From: a bacterium
GTDB lineage: Bacteria > Blakebacterota > Blakebacteria > Blakebacterales > Blakebacteraceae
NCBI GenBank assembly: GCA_025774615.1
Contig: JALGVQ010000019.1
Span: forward strand, 1 to 50,018
DNA: 50,018 nucleotides
Direction: 5' to 3'
The notes under the pieces were generated by a model. The model ran no database searches, was not told where the DNA came from, and saw only the letters and a program-made list of their open reading frames with translations. Positions 1 through 8,942 of this stretch are shown in pieces. Every line of letters starts with the position of its first letter. The first letter of the stretch is position 1. The position numbers were made by a program, and so were the translations under genes.

Positions 1-2
1 AC

Positions 3-761
3 CGGCGCAACGACTGGGCGGGCAGGAAGCGGGTCCGGGGCGGCGCCTGGATCCTCGACAGCCCCGCCAACAACGCCATGGCCCATTTTCTGCACAATCT
101 CTTCTACCTTGCGGGCGAGCGCGTGGACCGGAGTCTGGAACCGGTGGCAGTAGAGGCAGAGCTCTACCGGGCCTATCCGATCGAAAATTGCGACACGACC
201 GTACTGCGCGCGGTCACCGGGGAGGGGGTCGAACTGCTCTTCTACGCCTCGCATGCCGTGAAAACTGCCGTGGGGCCGATCTTCGATCTCGAGTTCAGCG
301 AGGCATCTGTCTCGTTCGAAGGCCCGGCGACGCACATCGTGGTCACCGACCGGAAGGGTGAGCACGTTACGTACGGATCACCCGAGTCCGACCACCAGTT
401 CCTGAAACTCTTCGACGCAGTCCGCATGGTGCGGGGGGAGGGCAATCTGGTCTGCGGTCCCGAGGCGGCCCGCTCCCAGACCCTCTGTATAAACGGCATG
501 CAGGAATCGGTGCCCGAGATAGTCGACTTTCCTGAGGAAGTGGTAAGGAAAGAAGCGGTGCCTGAGGTCGTCGACAAGTCCGGGGAAGTGATACGGAGTG
601 AGCCGGTCGCGGAGGAGAACGAACGAAGATGGGTCGACAGGCTGGTCGAGACGCTCCTTGGCTGTTACGCGGCGTGGAAACTGCCTTCGGAAGCGGGTAT
701 CCCATGGGCCGGTAAGGGGCCGAGGATCGATCTGAAGGATTACCGGGGATTCAGCGGATGA
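3..761 (+). CDS. Gfo/Idh/MocA-type oxidoreductase, C-terminal portion (5' partial, continues upstream of the window)
   Basis: Frame 3 is open from the window edge (RRNDWAGRKRVRGGAWILDSPANNAMAHFLHNLFYLAG...) to the TGA at 759-761. The listed 78..761 ORF is therefore only the Met-initiated tail of a longer gene. The DSPANNAMAHFLHN segment resembles, from memory, the C-terminal domain of large sugar-locus Gfo/Idh/MocA oxidoreductases. The Rossmann N-terminus would lie outside the window. Confidence 0.45.
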   Translation, partial: RRNDWAGRKRVRGGAWILDSPANNAMAHFLHNLFYLAGERVDRSLEPVAVEAELYRAYPIENCDTTVLRAVTGEGVELLFYASHAVKTAVGPIFDLEFSEASVSFEGPATHIVVTDRKGEHVTYGSPESDHQFLKLFDAVRMVRGEGNLVCGPEAARSQTLCINGMQESVPEIVDFPEEVVRKEAVPEVVDKSGEVIRSEPVAEENERRWVDRLVETLLGCYAAWKLPSEAGIPWAGKGPRIDLKDYRGFSG

Positions 762-833
762 ACGATCACACGGATCGTCAGAGATACAGCGGATGAACAC
801 GGCCGTGATGATCTCGGGACGGACAGACAGTTG

Positions 834-1886
834 ATGGATTCCAGAGAGCTGGTTCGCAGGACCATCGAGTTCGATTCGCCCCCCGGGATCCCCCGGCAGA
901 CGTGGCTCCTGCCGTGGGCCGAGGACCACTATCCCGCAGAGTCGGTCCGGCTGACATCAGAGTATCCCGACGACATCGTGAGCGCGCCCGCTCTCTATAC
1001 CAGATCCGTCCCGGTGGAGGGTGAACGCTACCGGGCCGGACGGTATGTGGATGAATGGGGCTGCTTCTTCGACAACCTTCAGGACGGGATCATCGGGGTC
1101 ACGCGGGAGCCGTTGATCGCGTCATGGGACGATCTGGAATCGTTCGAACCCCCGGCAGCTGTCCTCGATCTCGACCGGGAGGCCATCAACGCCTTCTGCC
1201 GGGAGAGCGACCGGTTCGTGCTGGCAGGCACCGTGGTGCGCCCCTTCGAACGGCTCTGTTTCCTGCGGACATTCGAGCAGGCGCTGATCGATACCTTCGA
1301 ACGGCCGGCTGGATTCACCGAACTCCTCGAGGTCGTGCACCAGTTCTACCTGAAGGAAGTGGAGGTGTGGGCACAGACCGAGGTGGACGGGATCGCGCTG
1401 ATGGACGACTGGGGGCACCAGCACGGGCTGATGATCGCGCCCGACCTGTGGCGGGAACTCTTCAAGGATCTCTACCGGGAGTACGCCGAGATCGCCCGCA
1501 GTCACGGGAAATACGTCTTCATGCACTCCGACGGCTGGATCACCGACATCATCGGCGATCTGGCCGAGGTCGGCATCCAGGCCCTCAACAGCCAGGTCCA
1601 TTGCATGGACGTGACCGAACTGGGGGAACGATATAGGGGGAAGATCACTTTCTGGGGCGAGATCGACCGGCAACAGCTGCTCCCTCATGGCTCGCTCGAA
1701 GATATCCGGCAGGCGGTTGCGGAGATACACGAGAACCTGTATGCAGGAGGAGGGGTGATCGCCCAGTGCGAGTTCGGGCCGGCCGCTCGGCCGGAGAATG
1801 TCTTCGAGGTCTTTGCCGCCTGGGATGAGATCGCCGACACATTGCAGGCTGATACCCCGCGGAAGGAGGATCGCTCCGCCCCATGA
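834..1886 (+). CDS. URO-D/MtaA-superfamily protein (uroporphyrinogen decarboxylase-like), paralog 1
   Basis: ORF of about 350 aa with ATG at 834 (TTG at 831 is an alternative). Length and pattern (DDWGHQHGLMI, FMHSDGWITDIIGDLAEVGIQALN, GGGVIAQCEF) fit the URO-D-fold TIM-barrel family. It is clearly paralogous to the ORFs at 23836..24870 and 35431..36588. The stop overlaps the next start (ATGA at 1883-1886). Confidence 0.7.
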   Translation: MDSRELVRRTIEFDSPPGIPRQTWLLPWAEDHYPAESVRLTSEYPDDIVSAPALYTRSVPVEGERYRAGRYVDEWGCFFDNLQDGIIGVTREPLIASWDDLESFEPPAAVLDLDREAINAFCRESDRFVLAGTVVRPFERLCFLRTFEQALIDTFERPAGFTELLEVVHQFYLKEVEVWAQTEVDGIALMDDWGHQHGLMIAPDLWRELFKDLYREYAEIARSHGKYVFMHSDGWITDIIGDLAEVGIQALNSQVHCMDVTELGERYRGKITFWGEIDRQQLLPHGSLEDIRQAVAEIHENLYAGGGVIAQCEFGPAARPENVFEVFAAWDEIADTLQADTPRKEDRSAP

Positions 1887-3988
1887 CCCTGCTCGGTCTC
1901 CACATCCTCGATGTCATCGTCATCCTCGTCTATGTGGTCGTGATCCTCTGGATCGGGCACCGGGTGGGGAAGAATACCGAGGATACCGGTGATTTCTATC
2001 TCGCCGGGCGGAAACTGGGCAAGGTCTACCAGTTCTTCCTCAACTTCGGCTGTTCCACCAATGCCGACCAGGCGGTGGCGGTCTCCCGCGAGATCTACCG
2101 GCAGGGTATCGGCGGGATGTGGATCCAGTACCTGGTCCTCTTCCTGACACCCTTCTACTGGTTCACGACCTACTTCTTCCGGCGGGTCCGGCTGACGACC
2201 ATCGGGGATTATTTCACCGAGCGGTTCGACAGCCGGATGTTGGGCGGTTCGTACGCCATCTTCATTCTGCTCATCTCGATCATCGGCGGCGGGGTGGGGT
2301 TCATGGTGGCCGGCAAGACCTTCATGGCGGTCACGCCGAAGACGATGGAGGAGTGTACGGCCGCGGAGCGGGCGAGCATCCTGGAATTCCAGGAATACCG
2401 GGCCCTGATCGACCTGCAGGAAGAAGGACTCTCGACCACCGACCAGATCAGGTACGAGGAACTGAACGAGAAGAACAAGCGGGGTGAACTCAGTTCCTTC
2501 GCCTCCCACACCGACCCCGTAGTCTTCTATATCGTCTTCGCGCTCATCGTCGGGATATACACCATGCTGGGAGGTTTCCGCGCGGCCGCGATCACCGACT
2601 CGATCCAGGGAGTCCTGATCGTCATCTTCTCCTTCATCCTCATCCCCCTCGGGCTCTCGAAGATCGGAGGGTTCAGCGGCCTCCATGCCGCTGTGCCCGA
2701 TTACATGTTCGACCTGTTCGGGTCGGGCGCCCTGAGCGATTACGGCTGGTACACCATCCTCGCCATGGTCATCGCCAACCTGGTCTCCATCGTCGCGGTG
2801 TCTACCGGCATGCAGACCTCCGGTTCGGCGAAGGACGAGATGACAGCCCGGGTCGGCATGATCGGCGGGATGTATTTCAAGCGCGTCATCATGATCTTCT
2901 GGGCGCTGGCGGGACTGCTGGCGATCGGGCTCTATGCGGGACAGCTGCATGATCCCGATCTGATCTGGGGCTTCATGACCCGCGACCTGCTAATCCCCGG
3001 CGCGATCGGTCTCATGCTGGTGGGGATCCTGGCGGCGAACATGTCGAGTCTCGACGCCGCTTCCGTATCATACTCGGCGCTCTTCATCAGGAACCTCTAT
3101 GAGCCGTTGAGACCGGGCCGGTCGGATAAACACTACCTGGCGGTGGGGCGGATCGCCATCGGCGCCACCCTGCTCGGTGGTCTGCTTGTGGCCGTCCTGG
3201 TAGACGACCTGCTGGAACTTTTCAAGTACGCGATCTCCATCCCGGCGATCTTCGGTGCCTCGATCTGGCTCGGGTTCATCTGGCGGCGGGTATCAAAGCA
3301 GGCGGTCGCGATCCAGGTGGTGATCTGCATCGTGATATACGCCCTCATCCCCAATATCTTCACCTCCCTCAATGCCACGAAGTACAGCGAACGGCTTCTG
3401 ATCGAGACCCATGCGCGGACGGTGGTGGTTGAAGCCGAAGCCCTCCAGGAGGATGTCGATGAGGGGCGGGCAAGGCGGCTGGGGGAGATCATCACGAAAG
3501 AACACCTGATCGAACCGGCCGGGGTCTTTTTCGAACAGGTTGCCCGGATCGATCCTGAGGATCCCGATTCGCCGAAGGTGGGACTCGGTCGATTCAATGC
3601 TGAACTGTGGGTGATAAGCTGGTTCGGAGTTGATTTCCAGAACGCTCCGAGGTCGTGGCTGATCGCCTCCCGCTTTCTCTTCGACGCGCTCTTCCCCTTC
3701 CTGCTCCTCTTCCTGATCAGTTTCCTGACTGTACCGGTCGCGGGGGAGAAGCTCGACCGGTTCTTCGCGAAGATGCACACACCGGTGCAGCCCACGCCCG
3801 AAGAGGAGGAGGCGGCCCTTGAAGCCGCCTACCGTGATCCGGGACAGTACGAGGAACAGAAGATGTTTCCCGGCAGTGACTGGGAACTCCTGAAGTGGAC
3901 AAAGATGGATTATCTGGGATTTTTCGGCAGCTGGGCGCTGGTGGGGGTGATCATCCTCCTGCTCTGGCTGATGGTCAGCATACGCTGA
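1883..3988 (+). CDS. sodium:solute symporter (SSF) family transporter with two long hydrophilic insertions
   Basis: 701 aa with many hydrophobic helices. The N-terminal DFYLAGRKLG matches the SSF signature region. Hydrophilic stretches at about aa 151-211 and 497-575 interrupt the membrane core. Start is coupled to the upstream gene by an ATGA overlap. Confidence 0.85.
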   Translation: MTLLGLHILDVIVILVYVVVILWIGHRVGKNTEDTGDFYLAGRKLGKVYQFFLNFGCSTNADQAVAVSREIYRQGIGGMWIQYLVLFLTPFYWFTTYFFRRVRLTTIGDYFTERFDSRMLGGSYAIFILLISIIGGGVGFMVAGKTFMAVTPKTMEECTAAERASILEFQEYRALIDLQEEGLSTTDQIRYEELNEKNKRGELSSFASHTDPVVFYIVFALIVGIYTMLGGFRAAAITDSIQGVLIVIFSFILIPLGLSKIGGFSGLHAAVPDYMFDLFGSGALSDYGWYTILAMVIANLVSIVAVSTGMQTSGSAKDEMTARVGMIGGMYFKRVIMIFWALAGLLAIGLYAGQLHDPDLIWGFMTRDLLIPGAIGLMLVGILAANMSSLDAASVSYSALFIRNLYEPLRPGRSDKHYLAVGRIAIGATLLGGLLVAVLVDDLLELFKYAISIPAIFGASIWLGFIWRRVSKQAVAIQVVICIVIYALIPNIFTSLNATKYSERLLIETHARTVVVEAEALQEDVDEGRARRLGEIITKEHLIEPAGVFFEQVARIDPEDPDSPKVGLGRFNAELWVISWFGVDFQNAPRSWLIASRFLFDALFPFLLLFLISFLTVPVAGEKLDRFFAKMHTPVQPTPEEEEAALEAAYRDPGQYEEQKMFPGSDWELLKWTKMDYLGFFGSWALVGVIILLLWLMVSIR

Positions 3989-4013
3989 GGTGTGCTGAGA
4001 GGAGATACGTACC

Positions 4014-6341
4014 ATGAGGAAAACGGTGAACCGAGCCGCTGTCATCACGACAGCGATCGCGTTGACGATCACCCTGGCGGCGAGCGTGGCAGCCCAGTCC
4101 GGCATCCCCCGATCGGCGTATCTCGAGTATGCCACAGACTCGGCCGATGCCACCTGGGATCGGTACAATGAACTGATCGAGCGCTGGGAGGCCGGCTTCG
4201 ATCCTGAAAGTGTATTCGGGTATCGTGCTCCTGGCGGACTTCTGGAGATGGCGCTCATCTACTCCTGGTTGTATGAGCAGGATGGTGAGCGGGAGCACGC
4301 CCGCCGGGTGAAGCGGGTACTCCTCGAGTACGGCGATTACCGGTCCGCTTACCCGGAGTGGGCGGAACAGAACCGTCCCGACTACCTCAACGGGGTGCCG
4401 GCCCTGCCCGATTTCTTCACGGCCATGCGCTACATCCGGGCCTTCGATGCGATGAACCGGCTCGGTCAGTTATCGGCCAGGGAAACAGAGCAGTGCCGGG
4501 ATCTGATCGCCCACAGCATGGAATACCTCCTCCAGACCGCTGAGTGGGGCACCATGAACCGTACCGTTCTCAGGGCGGAGACCCTCGCCTGGGCCGTGCG
4601 GGCACTGCCCGATCATGAGCGCACCCCGGTATGGGAGATGCAGAGGCAGGCGCTGGGTGATGACAACTGGGGCAACTGGGAGATCGAGGACGCCACCATC
4701 TACCACGGGGTCTGGCTCTACGCGCTCATGGGCTACGCCTCGGCGCGGGATGATCTGGCGGGGCTCTTCCGAACCCCGGAGATCTATTACTATGCCCACT
4801 ACTTCCTGAACCTGATGTGCCCGTATGGCATCGTCCCCGACTTCGGGGACGCCAACTGGACCTCCAACTGGCGCCATTACCTGGTCTTCTTCCAGGTCGC
4901 GGCCGCCATCTACGACGATCACGAGTTCAAGTGGGCGGCTGACGTGATCGCCGGCAGGTTCGTCGATTTTAGCGATCCCTCGAGCGTGGGCCTGGGAGTA
5001 TTCCTGCTCGACTGCTACCGCTGGGGCACTGATGAGGTCGCCCCGGAGGTTCCGACCGCCGGTTCGATGGAGGTCATGGAGGATGTCCAGGGGAAGAAGA
5101 TCGTCTTCCGTGACGGCTGGGAGGAGGACTCGAATTATCTGCTGCTGAACTACCGTGACGAGGGGGACGGCGGGCTCAACTTCCGCGACTACCTCCGTGA
5201 TACGATCCCCGTCGAAGAGGAGAAGATGACCCACGGGCACGCCGACGAGAACAGCATCGTCCTGCTGATGTCGGGGGGATCGGTGCTGCTCCACGACGGC
5301 GGGTATCGCGACTTCATGCCGAGCGGTCCCTTCGGCGCCTACCGGCAGGATTACTTCCACAACCGGATCTGCGTGCGGCCAGAGAAGATCTTCATGGGCC
5401 AGGTAGAGGGGGAGGCGCGCTACGACCGAGGGGGAGAGGCCGTGCCGGGGCAGGGGATACTGGAGTTCATGCGCAATGCGGGCTCCTACCGGGAGGTGCG
5501 GACCCGCAAGGTCGACTTCATCTCCCTCTCAGATGTCGACTACAGCCGGTCGCGCATGATCGACGACAACTGGGGCTTCGAGTGGGACCGGGTGATCGCG
5601 TGGGTGAAGGAGCCGAACGTGTTCGTAGTCTTCGATATCGTGAAGTCGCGGGTCGAGGAGTACTTCACCATCGCCAACCTGTGGCACACCCGGAAGATCA
5701 TCTCCCAGGGCGAGCACTGGTACGACACGGTCTACGACCGGGTCCAGAACACCGAACTCCCCGTCGATACGCACCTGCTCATCCACTTCCCCGACCAGCA
5801 TTTCCGGCTGGAGGGGACCGAACCGCTGCAGCGGCATTACCAGGATGAGATCATGATCCACCAGACGACCGCGCACCACTTCGAGTTGGGTGAGACCGAG
5901 GCCTTCGTGACCGTGCTGGTGCCGCATGATGCCGCTGATGCGCCTCAGGAGTGGGTCGATCGGATCAGGCTCGCCGATACCGGACCGGGCCGCTCGGCCA
6001 AAGGGATCGTCATCGAGTGGGAGGGCAGGGAGTACATCGTCGGAGTGAAGAACGATCTGCGCCAGGACATGGCCCGCGACTGGCGTCGTCCGCGCTATAC
6101 CTGGGAGGCAGGCAGGATCGAGGTAGAGGCTTTCGAGACCAACGGTGACTTCATCTACGGCCGGCGGGAGGGGACCACCCTCGATTATACCATCGTCAAC
6201 CTCAGCCGGGCGCTCTGGAACGACCAGCTTCTCTACCAGGGCAAATCAGGTTACTTCGGTCTGGCCTACGACGGCACCCCGGTCATGGAAGACTATGGGA
6301 AATCCCGCTACTGGCGGGCGAGGGTGGATATCGGACGGTGA
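4014..6341 (+). CDS. secreted heparinase II/III-like (polysaccharide-lyase fold) protein
   Basis: 775 aa. GAGAGGAG-type RBS about 9 nt upstream. Sec signal peptide (AIALTITLAASVAAQSG). An HGHADENS segment resembles the H-x-H-x-D motif region of the Hepar_II_III family. The helix-rich N-terminal half is consistent with an alpha/alpha toroid. Confidence 0.55.
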   Translation: MRKTVNRAAVITTAIALTITLAASVAAQSGIPRSAYLEYATDSADATWDRYNELIERWEAGFDPESVFGYRAPGGLLEMALIYSWLYEQDGEREHARRVKRVLLEYGDYRSAYPEWAEQNRPDYLNGVPALPDFFTAMRYIRAFDAMNRLGQLSARETEQCRDLIAHSMEYLLQTAEWGTMNRTVLRAETLAWAVRALPDHERTPVWEMQRQALGDDNWGNWEIEDATIYHGVWLYALMGYASARDDLAGLFRTPEIYYYAHYFLNLMCPYGIVPDFGDANWTSNWRHYLVFFQVAAAIYDDHEFKWAADVIAGRFVDFSDPSSVGLGVFLLDCYRWGTDEVAPEVPTAGSMEVMEDVQGKKIVFRDGWEEDSNYLLLNYRDEGDGGLNFRDYLRDTIPVEEEKMTHGHADENSIVLLMSGGSVLLHDGGYRDFMPSGPFGAYRQDYFHNRICVRPEKIFMGQVEGEARYDRGGEAVPGQGILEFMRNAGSYREVRTRKVDFISLSDVDYSRSRMIDDNWGFEWDRVIAWVKEPNVFVVFDIVKSRVEEYFTIANLWHTRKIISQGEHWYDTVYDRVQNTELPVDTHLLIHFPDQHFRLEGTEPLQRHYQDEIMIHQTTAHHFELGETEAFVTVLVPHDAADAPQEWVDRIRLADTGPGRSAKGIVIEWEGREYIVGVKNDLRQDMARDWRRPRYTWEAGRIEVEAFETNGDFIYGRREGTTLDYTIVNLSRALWNDQLLYQGKSGYFGLAYDGTPVMEDYGKSRYWRARVDIGR

Positions 6342-6374
6342 TCCCGGGAATCGGCTCCTTCGAAGCGAGCAGCT

Positions 6375-8681
6375 TCAGCGTCTGATCGGCCTGTGGGTGA
6401 TGCTCCCCCCGGGCCTCAGTTGGAAATCCTCGATGTGATCCCGGTATCTGAAGGTCCCTTCGCCCCCCGCGGTCGTGCGGATAACGGCCTCCATCAGCTC
6501 GCCCTCTTTCCACTCGATGTCGACGGTGAATCCTCCACGGGAGCGCAGGCCTTTGACGTGCCCCGAACTCCATGCCCCGGGTAGTGCGGGCAGCAGGTGG
6601 ATGACACCCGTATGGCTCTGCAGTAACACCTCCGCTATCCCGGCCGTGCCGCCGAAGTTGCCATCGATCTGGAAGGGTGGGTGGTTGTCGAAGAGGTTCG
6701 GATGGGTCGATTTCCTGAGCAGTTCTCCCAGGTGATGGTGGGCGGTCTCCCCCTCGTGCAGGCGCGCATAGAAGTTGATTATCCAGGCCCTGCTCCAGCC
6801 GGTGTGGCCTCCACCGTGTGAGAGACGGAATTCGAGAGATTTCCTGATCGCGTCGATGATCCCGGGTGTTCCTTCCAGTGTGAACTGACTCCCCGGGTGC
6901 AGACCGTAGAGGTGCGACATGTGGCGGTGCCCCGGTTCCGCCTCCCCGAAGGGCCGGGCCCACTCCATCAGGCGGCCATCCTCGCCGATCATCGGGCCCT
7001 GGAGCCTGGGAAGCGCCTCGCGCACCCCCTCGATCACCTCATCGCCCGTCACTTCCAGTTCGCCGGCTGTTTCCAGCAGGTTCGTGAACAGGTCCCAGAT
7101 GATCTGCTGGTCCATGGCGTTGCCCATCCCCACATCGGCCCGCTGGCCATCCTCGGTGATGAACGTGTTCTCAGGGCTTGATGAGGGCCCGCTCACCAGC
7201 AGGCCCGTCTCCGGGTCCACGGTCAGGTAGTCGAGGTAGAAGAGGGCTGCCTCCCGCATGATCGGGAACGCCCGTTCGACCAGAAACCGCCTGTCCCCGG
7301 TAAAGAGCCAGTGCTCCCAGAAATGCCTGCAGCACCAGGCGCTTCCCAGCGGCCACAGCCCCCAGACCGTGCGGCCGATCGGCACCGTGAAGGCCCAGGC
7401 GTCGGATGTGTGATGGGCGACCCATCCACGTGCCCCGTAGAGCTCGCGGGCCGTTTTCCGCCCTCGCTCCACGAGTTTCTCCACAAAGTCGAAGAAGGGC
7501 TCGTGGCATTCTGAAAGGTTGCAGACCTCCGCGGGCCAGTAGTTCATCTGCAGATTGATGTTGATGTGGTAGTCGGCGTTCCAGGGGGCGCTGATGTGCT
7601 CGTTCCAGATGCCCTGGAGATTGGCCGGCATGGTTCCCGGCCGGGACGAACTCATCAGGAGGTAGCGGCCGTACTGGAAATAGAGCGCGAAGAGGTCCGG
7701 GTCCTCGGCTCCCTCCTTGAACTCCTCCAGACGGATATCGACAGGCTTTTCTGTCTGCCGCGTTGTTCCCAGGTCTATCGAGACCCGGTCGAAGATGGAG
7801 CGGTGTTCGGCGGTATGGGACGCCATCAGCTCTGCAAATGGTTTTCTGGAGGCCGAGTCCACGTGCCGCGTGGCGGTCCTGAGGGGATCATCGCCGCTGT
7901 AATCGGTTCCCGCTCCGATAAGAACGATGGTGGTTCCCTCCACCGGTTCCAGTATCCGCGCCACACACGCGAAGCGTACCCCGGGATGCCCTTCATTGAC
8001 CGCCCGACCGGTCATGACGATGCGGTTCCCCTGGTGCTCGACAGAACCCTCGGGCAGCTCCGGGCGCGAGAGCCCGATATCATGCTTCATACCGGGCAGG
8101 CCTTCGATCCTGACCACGATCACGTTGTCCACCGCGGAGGCGAAGACCGCGCGGCGGATATATCCCTCCCGGGTGAACCATGTCGTATATGCCACGCCCC
8201 CCCGCAGGTCGAGTAAGCGCTCATATGAATCGCCATCCAGAGACGGGGAGGGTGAACCGGACGCAAGCGAGATGGAGAGGTCCCCGAGCGTCTGGTGACT
8301 GCGTGTCAGGCGCTCGGACATGAACTTCTCCTGCAGCAGCCTCTGCGCCTCGACGACATCACCGGCGAACCACAGATCGCGCGCGCGTTCGAGGTCACCG
8401 GGCTCGACCTCCCGATCCCGGTCGAACGGACTGCCGGCCCACAGCGAGTCGATGTTGAGCTGAACGCGTTCCTCCCGCGTCCCGCCGAAGACCATGGCAC
8501 CCAGGCGGCCGTTCCCCACGGGGAGCGCCTCGGTCCACTCCGCAGCAGGCTGCAGGTATCGCAGAACCGGCCTGACAGACAGCGGTTCCTGATCTACAGG
8601 GAAGAACGGCTCCCCCGGGAGGAGGAGCGCAGCGCCGGTGAGGGCGGTACTCTGCATGAAATCACGACGGGATACGTCCAT
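6375..8681 (-). CDS. glycoside hydrolase family 95 (alpha-L-fucosidase type), Tat-exported
   Basis: 768 aa. Twin-arginine signal (MDVSRRDFMQSTALTGAALLL). GH95 hallmark segments: PVGNGRLGAMVFGG, LNIDSLWAG, NLQGIWNE, NADYHININLQMNYWPAE. Confidence 0.85.
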   Translation of the reverse strand: MDVSRRDFMQSTALTGAALLLPGEPFFPVDQEPLSVRPVLRYLQPAAEWTEALPVGNGRLGAMVFGGTREERVQLNIDSLWAGSPFDRDREVEPGDLERARDLWFAGDVVEAQRLLQEKFMSERLTRSHQTLGDLSISLASGSPSPSLDGDSYERLLDLRGGVAYTTWFTREGYIRRAVFASAVDNVIVVRIEGLPGMKHDIGLSRPELPEGSVEHQGNRIVMTGRAVNEGHPGVRFACVARILEPVEGTTIVLIGAGTDYSGDDPLRTATRHVDSASRKPFAELMASHTAEHRSIFDRVSIDLGTTRQTEKPVDIRLEEFKEGAEDPDLFALYFQYGRYLLMSSSRPGTMPANLQGIWNEHISAPWNADYHININLQMNYWPAEVCNLSECHEPFFDFVEKLVERGRKTARELYGARGWVAHHTSDAWAFTVPIGRTVWGLWPLGSAWCCRHFWEHWLFTGDRRFLVERAFPIMREAALFYLDYLTVDPETGLLVSGPSSSPENTFITEDGQRADVGMGNAMDQQIIWDLFTNLLETAGELEVTGDEVIEGVREALPRLQGPMIGEDGRLMEWARPFGEAEPGHRHMSHLYGLHPGSQFTLEGTPGIIDAIRKSLEFRLSHGGGHTGWSRAWIINFYARLHEGETAHHHLGELLRKSTHPNLFDNHPPFQIDGNFGGTAGIAEVLLQSHTGVIHLLPALPGAWSSGHVKGLRSRGGFTVDIEWKEGELMEAVIRTTAGGEGTFRYRDHIEDFQLRPGGSITHRPIRR

Positions 8682-8942
8682 TGTTCAAGCCTGCTTCCAG
8701 GGAGTTGCGGTTCCGGAGCCGGTCCAGGATCATTCGAATCAGTCTCCCGGATTGTTGAGGTATATCTCAATGCAATAATCGTCTCATGCCTCTCAGGAAG
8801 TCTTCCATCAACTGCAGTCGCGGGTTCGAATCGGGCCCCCGCTACCAATCCATTCAGGGGTATATCAGGGGGTATTCAGGTGCTCGCGTGTCTCCCATGG
8901 CCTTCCGTTTAATTGGACTGACCTGTCCCCCGAAACAGGTTT

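Noticed and set aside
834-1886. Housekeeping uroporphyrinogen decarboxylase (hemE) assignment for the three URO-D-fold genes
   Set aside because: There are three divergent copies, no adjacent tetrapyrrole genes, and a glycan/transport context. Two copies have an H-x-C-G motif not expected in HemE. They are therefore called only at superfamily level.
1685-2950. 421-aa ORF on the minus strand opposite the SSF symporter gene
   Set aside because: The translation is low-complexity (D/E/G/R/P-rich) with no recognisable motif. It lies entirely antisense to a well-supported transporter gene. This is a typical high-GC shadow ORF.
8772-8847. Possible intact tRNA gene ending in ACCA
   Set aside because: Only the T-loop and ACCA are tRNA-like. 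The T-stem has two mismatches out of five. No 5' acceptor strand complementary to CCCCGCT, D-arm or anticodon arm is present upstream. It is kept only as a possible relic.
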